NCBI GenBank assembly: GCA_038496445.1 | Contig: JALMLS010000486.1 | Coordinates: 1-64,000 of the forward strand | DNA: 64,000 bases | Direction of reading: 5' to 3' | Source: Trichosphaerium sp. ATCC 40318 | Taxonomy: Eukaryota > Protista > Tubulinea | Part shown: positions 13,098 through 25,783 of the stretch, in pieces | Layout: the number at the start of each line of letters is the position of its first letter | Position numbering within the stretch: the stretch's first letter is position 1 | Notes under the pieces: generated by a model | Seen by the model: the letters and a program-made list of their open reading frames with translations, nothing else | What the model was told of the DNA's origin: nothing | The model's database searches: none | Translations under genes and position numbers: made by a program

Positions 13098-13520
13098 TAA
13101 AACTTATAAAGAGCAGTGTTATATAGCGGAGTGAAACTATAGGTTATATTGTTTCGCATTCAACTAGCCAAAACTTCCAAGTTTCCACCTGGTTGGTGCG
13201 TGGCAAAGAAAGAAATTCGTATGAAGTTTCTGAAAAGTGATGTTCAGTAGCTCCTACATCACGGGTCTTTAACCGCCACTGATTGTAAAAGCACAATACA
13301 TAGCACTGGTTAGCGGTACGCACAAACCTCTTCGTCTCTGATTGATAATTCTCAAAGCGAATTCCTAGAAGTGTTGCTTGGCAGTTTTAATATCATTTTC
13401 AGATAATACCGACTCTTCTCTATTAAGTAACGTGCGAATAAAATAAGCCACATTTGATGAGTCATTTTTAAACTTTCAAGTACATCAAAAGCACCTCACC
13501 AAAAAAAAAACCCAACGAAA

Positions 13521-13829
13521 ATGAACGGAAGACCAAATCAAAGAGAAGAAAACTTGTTGCTTGAAAACGCAGCTTGGTTTCACCAGATGGGAACGAGTAC
13601 AGTAAAAAGAACAGAGCGAAACAAGAATGCTAGAGCTATGAGAGCTAATAGAAGGAATACACGTCAAAACAACACATACCAGCAAGAAGAAAACCAAAAT
13701 ATGATTGAAAACGATCAACCTCAAAGAAACCATGAGCAACAACAAAAAAAGGAAAAACCAGTTCTTCAGCGTTCAGATACCTTTGATGGAGTGTTTACAA
13801 CACCTCTAGTAATACTTCAAGAATTATAA
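13521..13829 (+). CDS. Hypothetical Asn/Gln/Arg-rich protein (102 aa)
   Basis: ATG-initiated single-exon ORF, identical in both arms; no recognisable domain. Confidence 0.45.
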   Translation: MNGRPNQREENLLLENAAWFHQMGTSTVKRTERNKNARAMRANRRNTRQNNTYQQEENQNMIENDQPQRNHEQQQKKEKPVLQRSDTFDGVFTTPLVILQEL

Positions 13830-14350
13830 TTACAATATCATAGCCGGTAAACGGTTTTTGCTTGAAACCTTGTAAACTACTAAATAAACTCTGAAAACAA
13901 TGTACAACCGAAAGAATTTTTTTTCATAGAATAGTACACAACTGGTTAAAACCGAAAACAAAACGAGTGCATGAAACCGAAATATTTTGATTGAAAAACT
14001 ATTTTTCCTCTACTTTCTCCACTCAGTACTATCTTTCGAGAAATAATATTAAAGCCTAGAGAAAGGACTCCGGTTTTAAAAAAACCCCACACGTATGCGT
14101 TTTCTGTGTTTTACAAAGGAAGGAAGCCTCGGTTGAAAAATCAATACAGTTCAGTCAAATTCTTTTTTCCAGTACTTGCAAGTTCAGGGTAAAAACAAGT
14201 TGAAGAATTTGAAAGATTTGAACTGTAAATGCTCAAAAACCAAAAAATCTGATTGGTAAACTGTTTAATGATACACTGTACAACTTAATATAAAAGATCC
14301 TACTTCCCATCGACAAGAAGCATACAAAAAATTACTCTACATTTGTATTT

Positions 14351-15867
14351 TTACCATCTTCCTCTGTTATCACTCCTATGACTTTTATCATTCTTCTGAT
14401 GGTTTCTATCATTTTGCTGGTTTCTATCATTATTGTTACTACTGTTTCTATTCTGTCTGTGGTGATTATCATCGTAATTCCTGTATTGTTGTCTACTTTC
14501 ATTTCTTTGTTGTCTTCTTGTATTGTTATAGTTACTGTTATTATATCCTCTTTCTCCTCGTCCTCCTCGTCCTCCTCTGTGATTATTATTATTTCTTTGT
14601 TGATTTCTATTTATTATATTGTTTAAGCTGTTAAGACTGTCTTCTAAGCAATCTCTTAACTTGTACTTATCGCCCTGTGCATAATTCAGGAGAACAGACA
14701 TTAGATTCCTTCCATTACCATTACTCAAAGCATTACGTAGATTTATATCCTAAAAAAAAGGGTCAAAAAAAAAAACCAAAACAAAGACAAAAAAAATATC
14801 CCAAAGAAGCTTCTTTATGGTTCTGTGAAAACCATAATTTCGTTGTGGACACTCAATGATGTAAAAATAAAATGGTGTAATTTGAATATCATAAATAAAA
14901 TGGTTGCGAGTGGCATAAGCGTCCACGAGAAGATAAAAAGAAGAAAAAAAACGGAAAAAAAAAGTACGTACATTTGGTAATGTGAAGGCATCATCCCTGA
15001 ATACGCTCTCATCATCCAACTGAAGTAAAGTCTGTAGCCGGTTTTTAACAGAATAAGATGACATAATAGTATGTGCAAAGTTATTAAAACTACAATCATG
15101 TGGAGATTGATATAAATGTAAAATAGGAACCCAACAAAGAGCAATAGGCGTAGACTTTGTATCATTACTGGTCTTTTGAAGCCTTACTTGTGATACATCC
15201 ATGTAAGGTACTTTACAAAAGAACAAGTAATACTTCCCAGACGATATATATATGCCATTATAAGGGAATCCTTGGCGTGTTCTCTGAAGCATAAGGCTTT
15301 TTATGTTGATAAAAACGTTTGATGTTTCCTCGTGAAATTCACGGAGAGCGGTGTTAATAGGGTCGCCACTATCCTGCTGCTCTATTTTACCACCTGGTAG
15401 GCTAAGACCATTTTTAGTGCGGTCGTATTTTCTATCTTCGCTAAAATACTGCTTAGTTATCGTCTTTTGGTGTAAATGAGCCATACAGAGGCGTTTTGGC
15501 TACTTTTTTAGTCTTAAGGTGTTATTCCGTCAAATGGACGCGAAATTAGACTATTAAGAGCTCTGTGCGCGTACCTGATGAACAGTGCCATTGATTTGTT
15601 CGTTTCTGGATGTCGTGCGTAGGCCAGTATGCCAGCGGCTTTAAACTCATGTTTATGGCGGAATGGGTGCGTATTAGCTTCTTGTACATCGTAATTGTCC
15701 CAAGTTTGTTGTTGATGTCCTGGGTTTGCGTGTCGCGTTGCAGCCCATTGCGAGTGATCAGCTCCTCGTGGTATGAACTCTTGGGATCGTGAAAGACGCT
15801 CTATAAAAAAACCAATTAACCTGACGAATCAACACTGAGCTAAACTACCATAAGGAGCGTGTGCCAT
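14351..15867 (-). CDS. Nudix hydrolase with C-terminal RGG and Asn/Gln-rich low-complexity tail
   Basis: Spliced FKAAGILAY...LSLPGGKIEQQDSGDPINTALREFHEETS (Nudix box with a short insertion); last exon has RGGRGGRGERG and an N/Q/R-rich tail. Confidence 0.85.
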
Positions 15868-15902
15868 TGCGATTTATTGTTATAATGATGTGATAAAATT
15901 GA

Positions 15903-18106
15903 TTATTTATTTTTTGTGTAGCTTGTTAAGGCAGCCCAAAACATAATTGAACTTGGCCGCCAAACTTGTATTTACATGCTCATGGCAGGGAAAGTAAAAA
16001 AAAAACCCCCTTAAGCGGTGCATTGATAACACACGTTATTTTTTTTCTACATTGAAAGCGCTACATACCATCTGTTGGTGATTTTAATCCAGTAGCAATA
16101 AAACTGACACGGAGTGTCTCTCCTAGTTCGTCGTTGTATGTTATACCATTCTTGATATGTGCCTCGTCGATTGCCTTATGAAAGAGTAAGTATTATCCTT
16201 CATTGTAGACTAGAATAGCTTCATGCACGTTACAGTACGACGAGTTATAACGAAGTTGATTCATTGACTTATTAACTTTGGTTCACGTACTTGCTCTCGG
16301 AAGTATTCCATGATTTGCTCTACTTCCATAAGACCAAGTGAATCCTTGGAAGCGCTAATATTTACAAGAACGCCTATAGCTACGCGTAAGAAACACTTTT
16401 TTAAACGTCTTCTTGATACTACATACCGCTAGCGCCATCAATACCCTGTACGTTATTCAATAGTGGCGTTTCAATTGCTTGTTCAGCAGCTTCTATTGCT
16501 CTATTCTCTCCAGATGATTCGCCAATACCTTAAACAACAGTATGAGTACTACCAAGTAGACACATTCACGTACCAAGCTTAGCAGTGCCTTTCTTCTTCA
16601 TTACTGCTGCCACATCGCCAAAATCAATATTAATATGACTCACATTAAACATCAAGTCCATAACAGTTTTAACGCCTAGCAAGTAACACAATCAGCAAAA
16701 AAAGTCTTTTGTACAAAAAAAGATCCTACCCTTTAGAAGTACTTTATCGACTATGCCAAAAGCATTTGTAAGTGTTTCATCCTCTGCCAAGGGTTTCTAA
16801 GCAAATGTCAGAAATCAAAAAAAAAGTTACAAAATTACCAATTTTGCGTTTGGTATGACAACCATTGTGTCTACAGCTCCCTCAAGTTGCTTAACGCCTT
16901 CTTTCGCTTTACGCATACCTAATATATGAGTTAGATATACTGTCATTGCTTAATAGTTATCTTCAATAACGTACGAACGTTGCCTTCATGAGGGAAAGGC
17001 AGGGTAACAAAAGCAATTTTTATAATATCAAGTTCGGAAAGTGCCCTTCCAAGTACTGGTGAAGCACCAGTACCTGTTCCACCACCCATACCAGCAGCAA
17101 TGAACACCTACTATACGTTAAAAAACGATCACCACTTGGAACAGTGAAACGAAAAGGAAAAGCAGAGTTTTCTTTGATTGCTTGGGAGGTAATAATCTCA
17201 TCTGAACGGGTACAGACGCAATTGAAAAGAATAAAGGAAAATACTTGATTTTGGGGTTATTGCTCAGAAAGATAAAGAAAAAAGGAGTTGTTGTTCGTGG
17301 GGGTACCATGTGGTGATCTTTGAATTTTTTTTTTAGGTCTTCTACTGATTCACGTGCTGCTTTTTCTCCTTTCAATGGATTACCACCTGCACCGTTACCC
17401 TTTGTCAGTTGAGGGCCTAGTAGCATTGTTTCAGAGGCTCTAGATTTCCTAACAAAATATTACCAACAACGAAAGAAATGTTGGTTTTTTTCTTCAAAAG
17501 ATATGACTAAGAATCGTACGTACTCTAAGTCTTGAATGTCAGTGTTCAGAGCAATGAAATCTGCGTCAATGACACCTGATTTTATCATGTAGTTTACAGC
17601 ATTACCTTTACGTTATAAGTTGGTGGGTTTGAGACGCTTGGTTGCGTTTTTTTTTGGTTTCTTTTGGAAAGAAATGTGAAGGACTTTGTTTTTAGCCGTT
17701 GTCACTTTAATAGTGATACACTGCGTAATTCAAATGCTTTCGGGCTGTTTTTACGTACCTCCACCGCCACCGACACCAGCAATTTTTATTTTAGGTATAA
17801 AGCCCTTGGAATATGGCGTATTGTTCGCGTCGTACTCTTGTTCGTTTGCTGTATAAAAACTGAGGCTGTCGCTAAATTCTGGTCGGGAAGGAGACAAAAC
17901 GTCGCGTGCAGGACCATTTAGCCTTGTACATCTACGAACAGAGTTCATAGTATGGAAAACTGTTCGCTTGGGATTAATACCTTGAAGTCAGTTATAAACG
18001 CCGTTTTGCGCAACTATAGAGTACACATACGTTTATAGCGAATTTGCTTATCTGTAAATTTGCAATGTACCAGAGGCGTGTAGCACAAAGGTCGTAGGGC
18101 CAACAT
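15903..18106 (-). CDS. ftsZ: Nuclear-encoded, probably mitochondrial FtsZ
   Basis: Spliced [17 protein letters not shown]...ALNTD...GNGAGGNP...[17 protein letters not shown]...PFPHEG...INIDFGDV...LRVSFIATG; N-terminus [15 protein letters not shown] resembles a transit peptide. Confidence 0.93.
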
Positions 18107-18889
18107 CGTTGTGAACTTGTTTCCTACACCTTTGCCTGCTTTGTCACAAAAAACAATTAAAAAAACCGTCTACTTTTTTGGCTGCCAGTCAACGCTTATT
18201 CTTCATCTACACATGCGCAAAACATGGATTGGATCCAAAAAATCTGAGTACAACGAATGTCATTCACTTACATCTGGAACACTAAACTCACTGTGGGAAC
18301 TGCAATCATTTATTCTTGGTTTTGCTGGTTTTCCAAGCACGTTCGTTGTGAGATACCAACGGCAACGTATAGCCGTATCTCTCGAAGGAATCTTTGTTCC
18401 AAAGACATATTTTCATCTGCACGCCAGCTGAACGTAAAGCTGTTATGCAAACACTTGATTCTAGAAAAAAATGAGATACCTCTTGCTACCCACATAGAGG
18501 TTGTAAACGCGTATCTACAACCGTCAAAACAAGTATCACGACCTACAAAGTACTTGTTGATACTGACAAGTTGTTGCCGGTTTATTGAAAGCATACAGCT
18601 CTACAAAGAAGTTACGAGACAATGACCTATGACCTTTCTTCAAATGGTTTCCTTTAATTTTTATCCACCTAGTGTTTCACATTTAAAACAGATTAGGACC
18701 AGTTATTTATTTAAAAGCATTAGTGGAACTATTGTGATCCAACAGATCTCGTTCTTGCCTAGTTAACAATGCAATGGTGAATTCATGGTCAAATTTATTT
18801 CTACACTTTTTAGGGCTGTTTGGTTTTGGATCCTTCGAAGAACAAGAACAAGAAGGTCCAGTAAGAGGTCAGTAATGGTTTTGTTTTTT

Positions 18890-21800
18890 TTATGCTGCCC
18901 ATGCAGTCATGCCCTCACTATCCATTACATCCAATATTGGTCCACAAGCACGTTTAAATTTACTGTACTTTGAGGAATGCGAGAAGAGTTCTGGTTCAAC
19001 ATAATCAGATACTTTACCTTCAACGATATTCAAACTATTTCTTCCTTCTCCTTTCGCATTAGGTACTCCGTAAGTAGTTTGTCCGAGAACACCTGTTACA
19101 AGTCATAAACATAGGGGTTGTTATAGTTAAACGTACCATGAGGGTATGGACCTCCTTGTTTTGTGTACTTTGACCTCAAGTTGACGTGACAAGATGAGTG
19201 TTGACTTGAAGAAAATCTGAACTGAAATTGATAGCCATAAGCTGTTGTGAGAACAGTTTTTTTGTTTGCTAATCGGCTCCTATTTTATAGAAGAATGTTA
19301 AGTAGATGCTATATTGTAATTAATACCATACCTCTTTACCATCAACGGTTTACCAAAGTCATATTTTGAATTTTTTTCGATGTCAACAGTTGTTCCATTT
19401 TTGAACGAAACTTCAATTTTTTGCTGGTTCAAGCTTCCACGCTCACATGAGAATAAGAATTTAATTGGTCCATATAGATGGTGACAAACTACAGCGCAAT
19501 TAGCCGGTGGATAAAGTTCAGATTTGTTGTAGGGCACTGGTGGCTAGACATAATTTCGAACTGTTTTGTTCTAACGTTGAGATAAAAATGTTCTCTTTAG
19601 AAGTACCTTTAATAGCGATAGCACCCATATAAGTCTTCGTTTTTTGAACTCGTAGATCAGCATCAACAAAATGAGAATTCATATGTAATCCAGTATCTGT
19701 AACGATGCTACACATATCTCAATTAGAATTTAACCAAAAAACAAACCCCCGAAAATCTCCAGTATTTTGAGACTTCATGTGCACGTGTTACGTAATTAAA
19801 TATTACTCCAAAAATACAAAATTCATTGTAATTAGTTTGAAGCTATTATTATTAAAAGCGGAAAGAAAACGAGCTTGTAAGTAGAAATACAACTGAAAAA
19901 AAAAAAAAGAAAAAAAGTTGGAAAAAACTTACTTGTAGATATCTCCAGCAAATCCATGAAAGTCATACCGTTGGTTGCGGAAACCAACAAAATGAGGGTC
20001 ACCAGAAATTTGTGCTTGTTGAAAACTGAAGACAAGCGCTACTCTTTGAGGTGGTGCACTTCTTCCAAAATCAACATCAATCACAAGATTCACGGGACCT
20101 AACAATTGCCAATCAGACTAAGAACAAAAAAAAAAAAATCACGTGTTTTCAACAAATAGGATGAAAAACATGTGTTAGCTACGTACCGCTTACAGGAACG
20201 AAGGCATTACTTTCAAATGGTGTAAATATGGCATTGTTTGTATCGCCGTTTACATTGAATATGACGAAATCAGCTCCCAGTGAAGTAACTCTTATACGGA
20301 CAGAATTTGTTACAAGCGTTGACAAGTCAATGATATCACCATCGTTGAGCCCTGTAATAGGAGTACCCGTCAATGCATCGGTAAGCCATACTGTTACAGT
20401 AAAAAATGACTCAGTCGGTGCAAGTGTAGTTGGTGGAGGTGTTGGTGTAGCTGTCGTGGGTGTAAGTGTAGTTGGTGGAGGCGTTGGTGTAGGTGTCGTG
20501 GGTGTAAGTGTAGTTGGTGGAGGCGTGGGTGTAGGTGTCGTGGGTGTAAGTGTAGTTGGTGGAGGCGTGGGTGTAGGTGTCGTGGGTGTAAGTGTAGTTG
20601 GTGGAGGCGTGGCACTCACACATGTTTGTATGTTAGAGTTAAATATCCAGCCAAGAGCTATGGTAGTCAGTATGAAAATAAGAGATATGTAATACATTGC
20701 AGGATAGATCCCTCCACAGCCAAATATTCTCTACGTGTAGATCCTCCAGCAAGTGTAGGGTTCATAACAACACCTGCAAGACCTGTAGGGTCCAAATGTG
20801 ATAAGCTAGCTCCATCCCTTCGAAGTATTTTAGAATAAAATTTGCAAAAAAAGTTTGTTGTTGACTTACTGGAACGTGCCAGGTGTAAAAATAACTGCTG
20901 TATCAGTACACATAGCAAGTTCTGTGTTTGTAGCTACTATTTGTCCTTGTGCTCCCCTATAACAGTAGTTAAATGATCGGCGTATAATACAAAAATCTAA
21001 ACAAAGAAAATAAATTTGCGTTCAGGGAATCAAAGTTGTTTGTTTTTAGTGAGATGGAAGGTCGGAATATAAGGATTTGTGTTCATTTGTTATCAAAACG
21101 GATCCTTATTAGATTTTTTTAAGTACGTTGTAAACGATGCAGGTAAGTTCAGGCCACCGTTAGCAGCATATACATCCATCATAGGGGTTGTTGCAAAAAA
21201 CAATCTGTCAAACGTTGATCTGGCGTTCACCTGATATAAAATAAGTTTGTACATAGTCAACAAGTATTTAAGTGTTAATTAAAACGAATTCTACAACATG
21301 AAGGGAAAAAGGAAAGACAGTGTCTGTTTTGTTACTGCCTTTTTGTGAATGGAACTTTTTTTTTTCGATGTATTTGTTTTCAAGAGATTTGACACGCACC
21401 ACATTAAATTGGGATGTTCCATCCTCTCCTTAATAAGGTGTTAATAAATAAAACTTAATATACATAATTTATTAAAAAATACGTACTTGTAAGCGAGATA
21501 AATCCAAGAGAATGAGTGAATTCATGAAGCATTAAGGAACTTTATTGAAAACCAGATTAGTACAAAAGGGATAGTGAGTTTGTTTTGTTTCAAAACGTAC
21601 TAGAAATCGAATTGATTACCAGCAGGAGTACCAGTCAACGTTGGATCAAAGAAGTAGTCTAAAATACGTAAGTATTTCGGAAAAAACAAGGAAAAACTTG
21701 TTAAAAGTGGTTGTCAAGGATTACGAGTATGTATGAGATTTTTTGGCAAAAGCGAGATAAAACCAGGATAACGAAACACGTGTATCAAAATTTGCGTTTG

Positions 21801-22878
21801 ATATAAGCACATGTGGATATGGTTCGCTCCTGTACGAGTTTTTCATTGTTACAGGAAACTTCTCAGTTTTTGAGAATTTAAAAAAGGGTCACGTGCTTTG
21901 GCCAAAATTAACAGTTGCAAAGATATCGGGGTTTGTTGGTAGTGGATCTGTTCCTAGTACATAATGGCGCAAGGAGAATCTATAGGTAAATCTTAGGTAA
22001 ACAAAGATCAATGGTAGTGTGATTTCGAAAAAGCAAAAATCGATAGAGCGTACGGATCATTGAAAGAGTTTGCCAAGTTAGAGAAGAATGTACCAGCAGT
22101 CGCTAGTGTTTGACCGCCCATAATGTTTTGTGAATCTCTAAAAATCACTTCGAATTGGCGTTGCGCTAGCGAAACAAAAGGTCAGAAAAGGACAGTTCAT
22201 AAGAAAGCAAAAGAGATACAAAATTTTTTGATCGAGGAAAAAGATCTATGAGTGTGATCGCGTACTCGACCCCGAAGGGAATTCAAGGGCATTTCCAATA
22301 TAGCTAAGTACTGCTGCAACAACTGCTTGTGCCTAGAAAGAAAATAAATAAAAAAACACGAAATGTTTTTAATCGATTACTTGAGGTCCGACAACAGAGT
22401 CATCAAACCCAATAGTAGTAGCATTCAAGCAATCATAGTATATTATAGTCCACTGTATAACTGGTGTAGAAACCTAAAGATAACTCAATAAAAACTAGGC
22501 CTTTTGGAAAAAACACGTCTCCTAAATCACGTGGGTTTTTATCACGTGATTTCTAACAACAATATGACCAGAAAGCTTAATTTTTAGTAGGTCTTTTACA
22601 TAAAATACCCGTGCTTTGACGTACTACATCGATAAATCCGCCTCCTACGTTTCTGGATATATCATTTGCTTCCGCTGCGTCAAAAGAAGGGTAATTATCG
22701 CCAGCAATAGTACATCCTTCGTCGGTACATGCGTATATAGTCTCCTCAGTATCAGCCAATGCTTTGCGGTCATTAGAATAGGTACAAACACAAAATCAGT
22801 TGTAAAGGTAGTATGCTTGCCAACTTGAAAACAGAGCGCAGTAGTAAGCGCTAGTAGCAAAAAAACTCTAGAGGCCAT
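18890..22878 (-). CDS. Secreted multidomain zinc metalloprotease: signal peptide, HExxH zincin, Pro/Thr linker, Ig-like domain, GDPH (VWD-like) domain
   Basis: Spliced MASRVFLLLALTTALCF...DIFATVNF...DFYSLMLHEFTHSLGF...GASLSHLD...MNP...LGW, then (TPPPTTLTPTTPTP)n, LTDALTGTPITGLNDGDIIDL, ISGDPHFVGFRNQRYDFHG...GVLGQT; TAA at 18890-18892. Confidence 0.8.
20422..20611. repeat. 42-bp coding tandem repeat, ~4.5 copies (Pro/Thr mucin-like linker)
   Basis: Unit aagtgtagttggtggaggcgtgggtgtaggtgtcgtgggtgt starts at 20422, 20464, 20506, 20548 and 20590. Confidence 0.95.
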
Positions 22879-23525
22879 CTCAAGAGCTTTGTTTTAAGGG
22901 AATAAAGAATATGTAAGACAAGTTTTAATTTACAACGCTAAAACAATCCTTCCAGTTGGTTTTCTTACTAAAAAAGAAGAATGAGTTTGGCTTAATTTAA
23001 GATAATTTCGAGATTGTTCTACTTTATAACAGTCATGTCACTCACTACCACTATTGTGACATAGACTCTTACACTTTTGACGCTCAACTGCAATTCTGCG
23101 ATAACTCCGAAACCTGCGAAGCACAGAGTGCCTTTTGGGTCGTTGGATCATATTGACAGCTGTATGAGAACTCGAGATAACTATCACAATGAACTTACTG
23201 CAGTTTCATTGTATCGGACGTTATGCAGTTTTGTGGAAATATATGGCGGCAATGTAGTACATTTTGTACATTTTGAGTGGTAGAAGTTGCCACTGTGCTC
23301 GAGGTGTTTCTTGTTATCTGACAAGTCATGATCATGGACAAACATCCTAGCCACTAAAACTGCAACCTCACGTACTATATGTGCAGAGAAGCGTATCCAC
23401 AACGCCTGGTGATGGGAAAGATTTGAACAAATCAGGTTGGATCTATCCTGTTGGAATACTTCAGACAATAATGATTTGGTCTTGTTCAGTCACACAACTT
23501 TCACGCCGGCAGTGTCAAATTAGTC

Positions 23526-25512
23526 ATGAGCTCTGCAAAGAAGCGACGCGCTTCTCAAACGCCTAACACTACGTTTGAGAATGTCAGAGTGTATTTACTT
23601 GAGCATATCAGACAATCAACGTCTGTAAGTGTAGCATTCCAGGTACAAAGATAAACTAGCGTATGCACACGCATCACTAATCAGAAAAATGCAGAGTTAC
23701 AACAACTTTTTATTCAACGCCTATTTTATGGCTAGTTCGCTACTAGGAGAACAATTAACGTATGTCGTTGCTCTTCCTTTCTTGTGTTGGCAGTACGATT
23801 CACGATTGGGTCGTGTTTTCTTATTTCTGCTGTGTATAGGTATCTAACGCCATGTTTTATGCGTCTAAATCATTTTTAGGGACGACTGTAGGCAGTTTCC
23901 TTAAAAATTTATTTGCGCTTCCAAGACCACCTTCACCGCCTGTACGATACTGTATTTATGTCAAAACTGAGCAGAGTTACCATTTTTTCTGGTTTTTATA
24001 CTCCATTTCTCTGATTAACGCTTAACGTCATTCTAGGTGAAGAAAAGTAGTTATACAGACCTCAAGGGTACACTTTAAGACTTGATTTTTTTCCCCGTTT
24101 ATTAAATCGCACTTCAGACTTTGGATTTCCATCAAATCACTCCTTGAACTCTCTTGCTCTCCCTCTGTTTCTGGCTATTTACCATTGGGATAACTATGAT
24201 TTAAATAGGTACACACAAATAAGAAAATCACGTGGTACAACCGCTTGGGAATGAGTAACAAAGGTTCCTTTAGTGACACCAAAGTGTTGGTATTTTTATT
24301 TTTACCAACAACTTTTTTCCCGTTTTACCCAACCTAACGTTGTCACGTGATGAATTTTCAATATTTTATTAATATAAATTAGAAACTTGATTCATCTTGC
24401 ATTGGTTGCATGGTGGAGTCTATCGATGATGGCATCTCGTTTGTATCTAGGAGCACAGTACGTTTTCTTTCTTTTTTTTTTGTTTTGTTTTGGGCTTCTC
24501 TCGATTTGTTTGACGTTTCGGTAGTTCTCTTTTAGATGTTGTTGCAGGTGGAATTGTAGGATTAGTGGTTTCTGTTGTTTGGGGATTTTGCTATGAAACT
24601 TTTGATACCTGGGCTTTAACTAACGAACAAGGTTCGTCCAAGAAGCAATTACTAAAACATCAAAGTTCAAATTCCATTTCCGTTTACCATCTACTAGCCC
24701 CAATTTATGTTGGTATCATTTCTCTATGTGTAATCGCAATACACCCAAGATCTAGAATCGGAGCACCAAGTTTCAAGTACACTGTTGCACTCATGGGACT
24801 GCTTCCAGGTAACAACTTTTCGAATCTATTTATTTAAATAACACGTTTTCAAGGACTTGTTTTTGGAGCATGGTACGCGCAGAGACATCTTATGGATGTC
24901 GAACAAAGGTATAAATTTATTATTTTGTACACAAAGCATCTAATTAACATTATTCAGGTATGACATTAAGGGGTGGTTTGCTGAAAATGCTCCTTGGTTG
25001 AAATTAACAGAAACAACAATTTTAATCATAAAGACTTTCCTTGGTACGCCATAAGACATTTTACAAAATATGATGTATGTAGTAACTTATGTTTATACTA
25101 AGGTATATTTGTACTGGAACTATTTAACTTGCTATCAAAGCAAGGGACAAGAATGATTACAGGATTATTTTGTTCTATCCCAGTTCTTGGAAAAGGTTTA
25201 ATGTACCTTGCTGATCTCACAGAGGTTTTTGCTGTTCCTCATGGAACACCACTTGATAATACTGATTACCCTCAATTCAAAGAAGCCATTGAAGATATGG
25301 AATATGTCCGTGAAGGTACGATAAACAAAGCATGATCTTGTTTGAAAGAAGACTGAAAAGTTGTTTGCTAATGAGGTTCTTTAGGTATTCATTTACCTGA
25401 TTGGGTTCGTGCTTTCACTATTGGTGCAAGTATTATGTTTTTTGTACCAGCGTACTTTATATATTGCGGTTTGGATACAGGGATGTACGAAATCCTACGC
25501 TTAAAACAGTAG
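23526..25512 (+). CDS. PAP2-family lipid phosphatase, sphingosine-1-phosphate phosphatase-like (start approximate)
   Basis: Spliced motifs KNLFALPRPPSPP, DFGFPSNHS and SRLYLGAHS plus several TM segments. Confidence 0.88.
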
Positions 25513-25699
25513 AAACAACAAATGCACATGTGGCAATCTTTTTTCAAAAAAAAACAAAATTAAAACAAAGATCAATCTTTGAAAATAGTTTACAGATACT
25601 GTACAGCGTCTGAAACCAAATAGCAATAAAATAATCAAGTGGTTTTAAAAACTTGTATCGTGACTTTGCTTGCAATGTATCTCGAGATAAAACAAAAGA

Positions 25700-25772
25700 A
25701 GATCCTGCTCGGAATTGAACCGAGATCACCAGATTCAAAGCCTGGTATGCTAACCACTTACAACACAGGATC
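25700..25772 (-). tRNA. tRNA-Gln (UUG)
   Basis: Acceptor GATCCTG/CAGGATC; anticodon arm CCAGG-CTTTGAA-TCTGG; T-arm CTCGG-TTCAATT-CCGAG; followed by T-runs. Confidence 0.93.
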
Positions 25773-25783
25773 GTGAGGAAGAT

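Larger units (their letters stand above)
1..14561. repeat. Left arm of large inverted duplication (partner 31858-49294); runs off the window start
   Basis: ORF track mirrors exactly (4523..4762+ vs 44519..44758-; 13521..13829+ vs 32589..32897-). Base 1 pairs with 49294. Identity ends at 14561/31858. Confidence 0.97.

Noticed and set aside
20422-20611. CRISPR-like array
   Set aside because: Head-to-tail coding repeat with no unique spacers, in a eukaryotic gene.
20228-20692. Val/Gly-rich and His-rich ORFs
   Set aside because: Antisense or alternate-frame shadows of the Pro/Thr repeat.
20860-20885. Apparent GC donor (GCACGT) in the protease gene
   Set aside because: A GTAAGT donor 10 nt downstream gives the correct frame (PGTFQDGASLSHLD).
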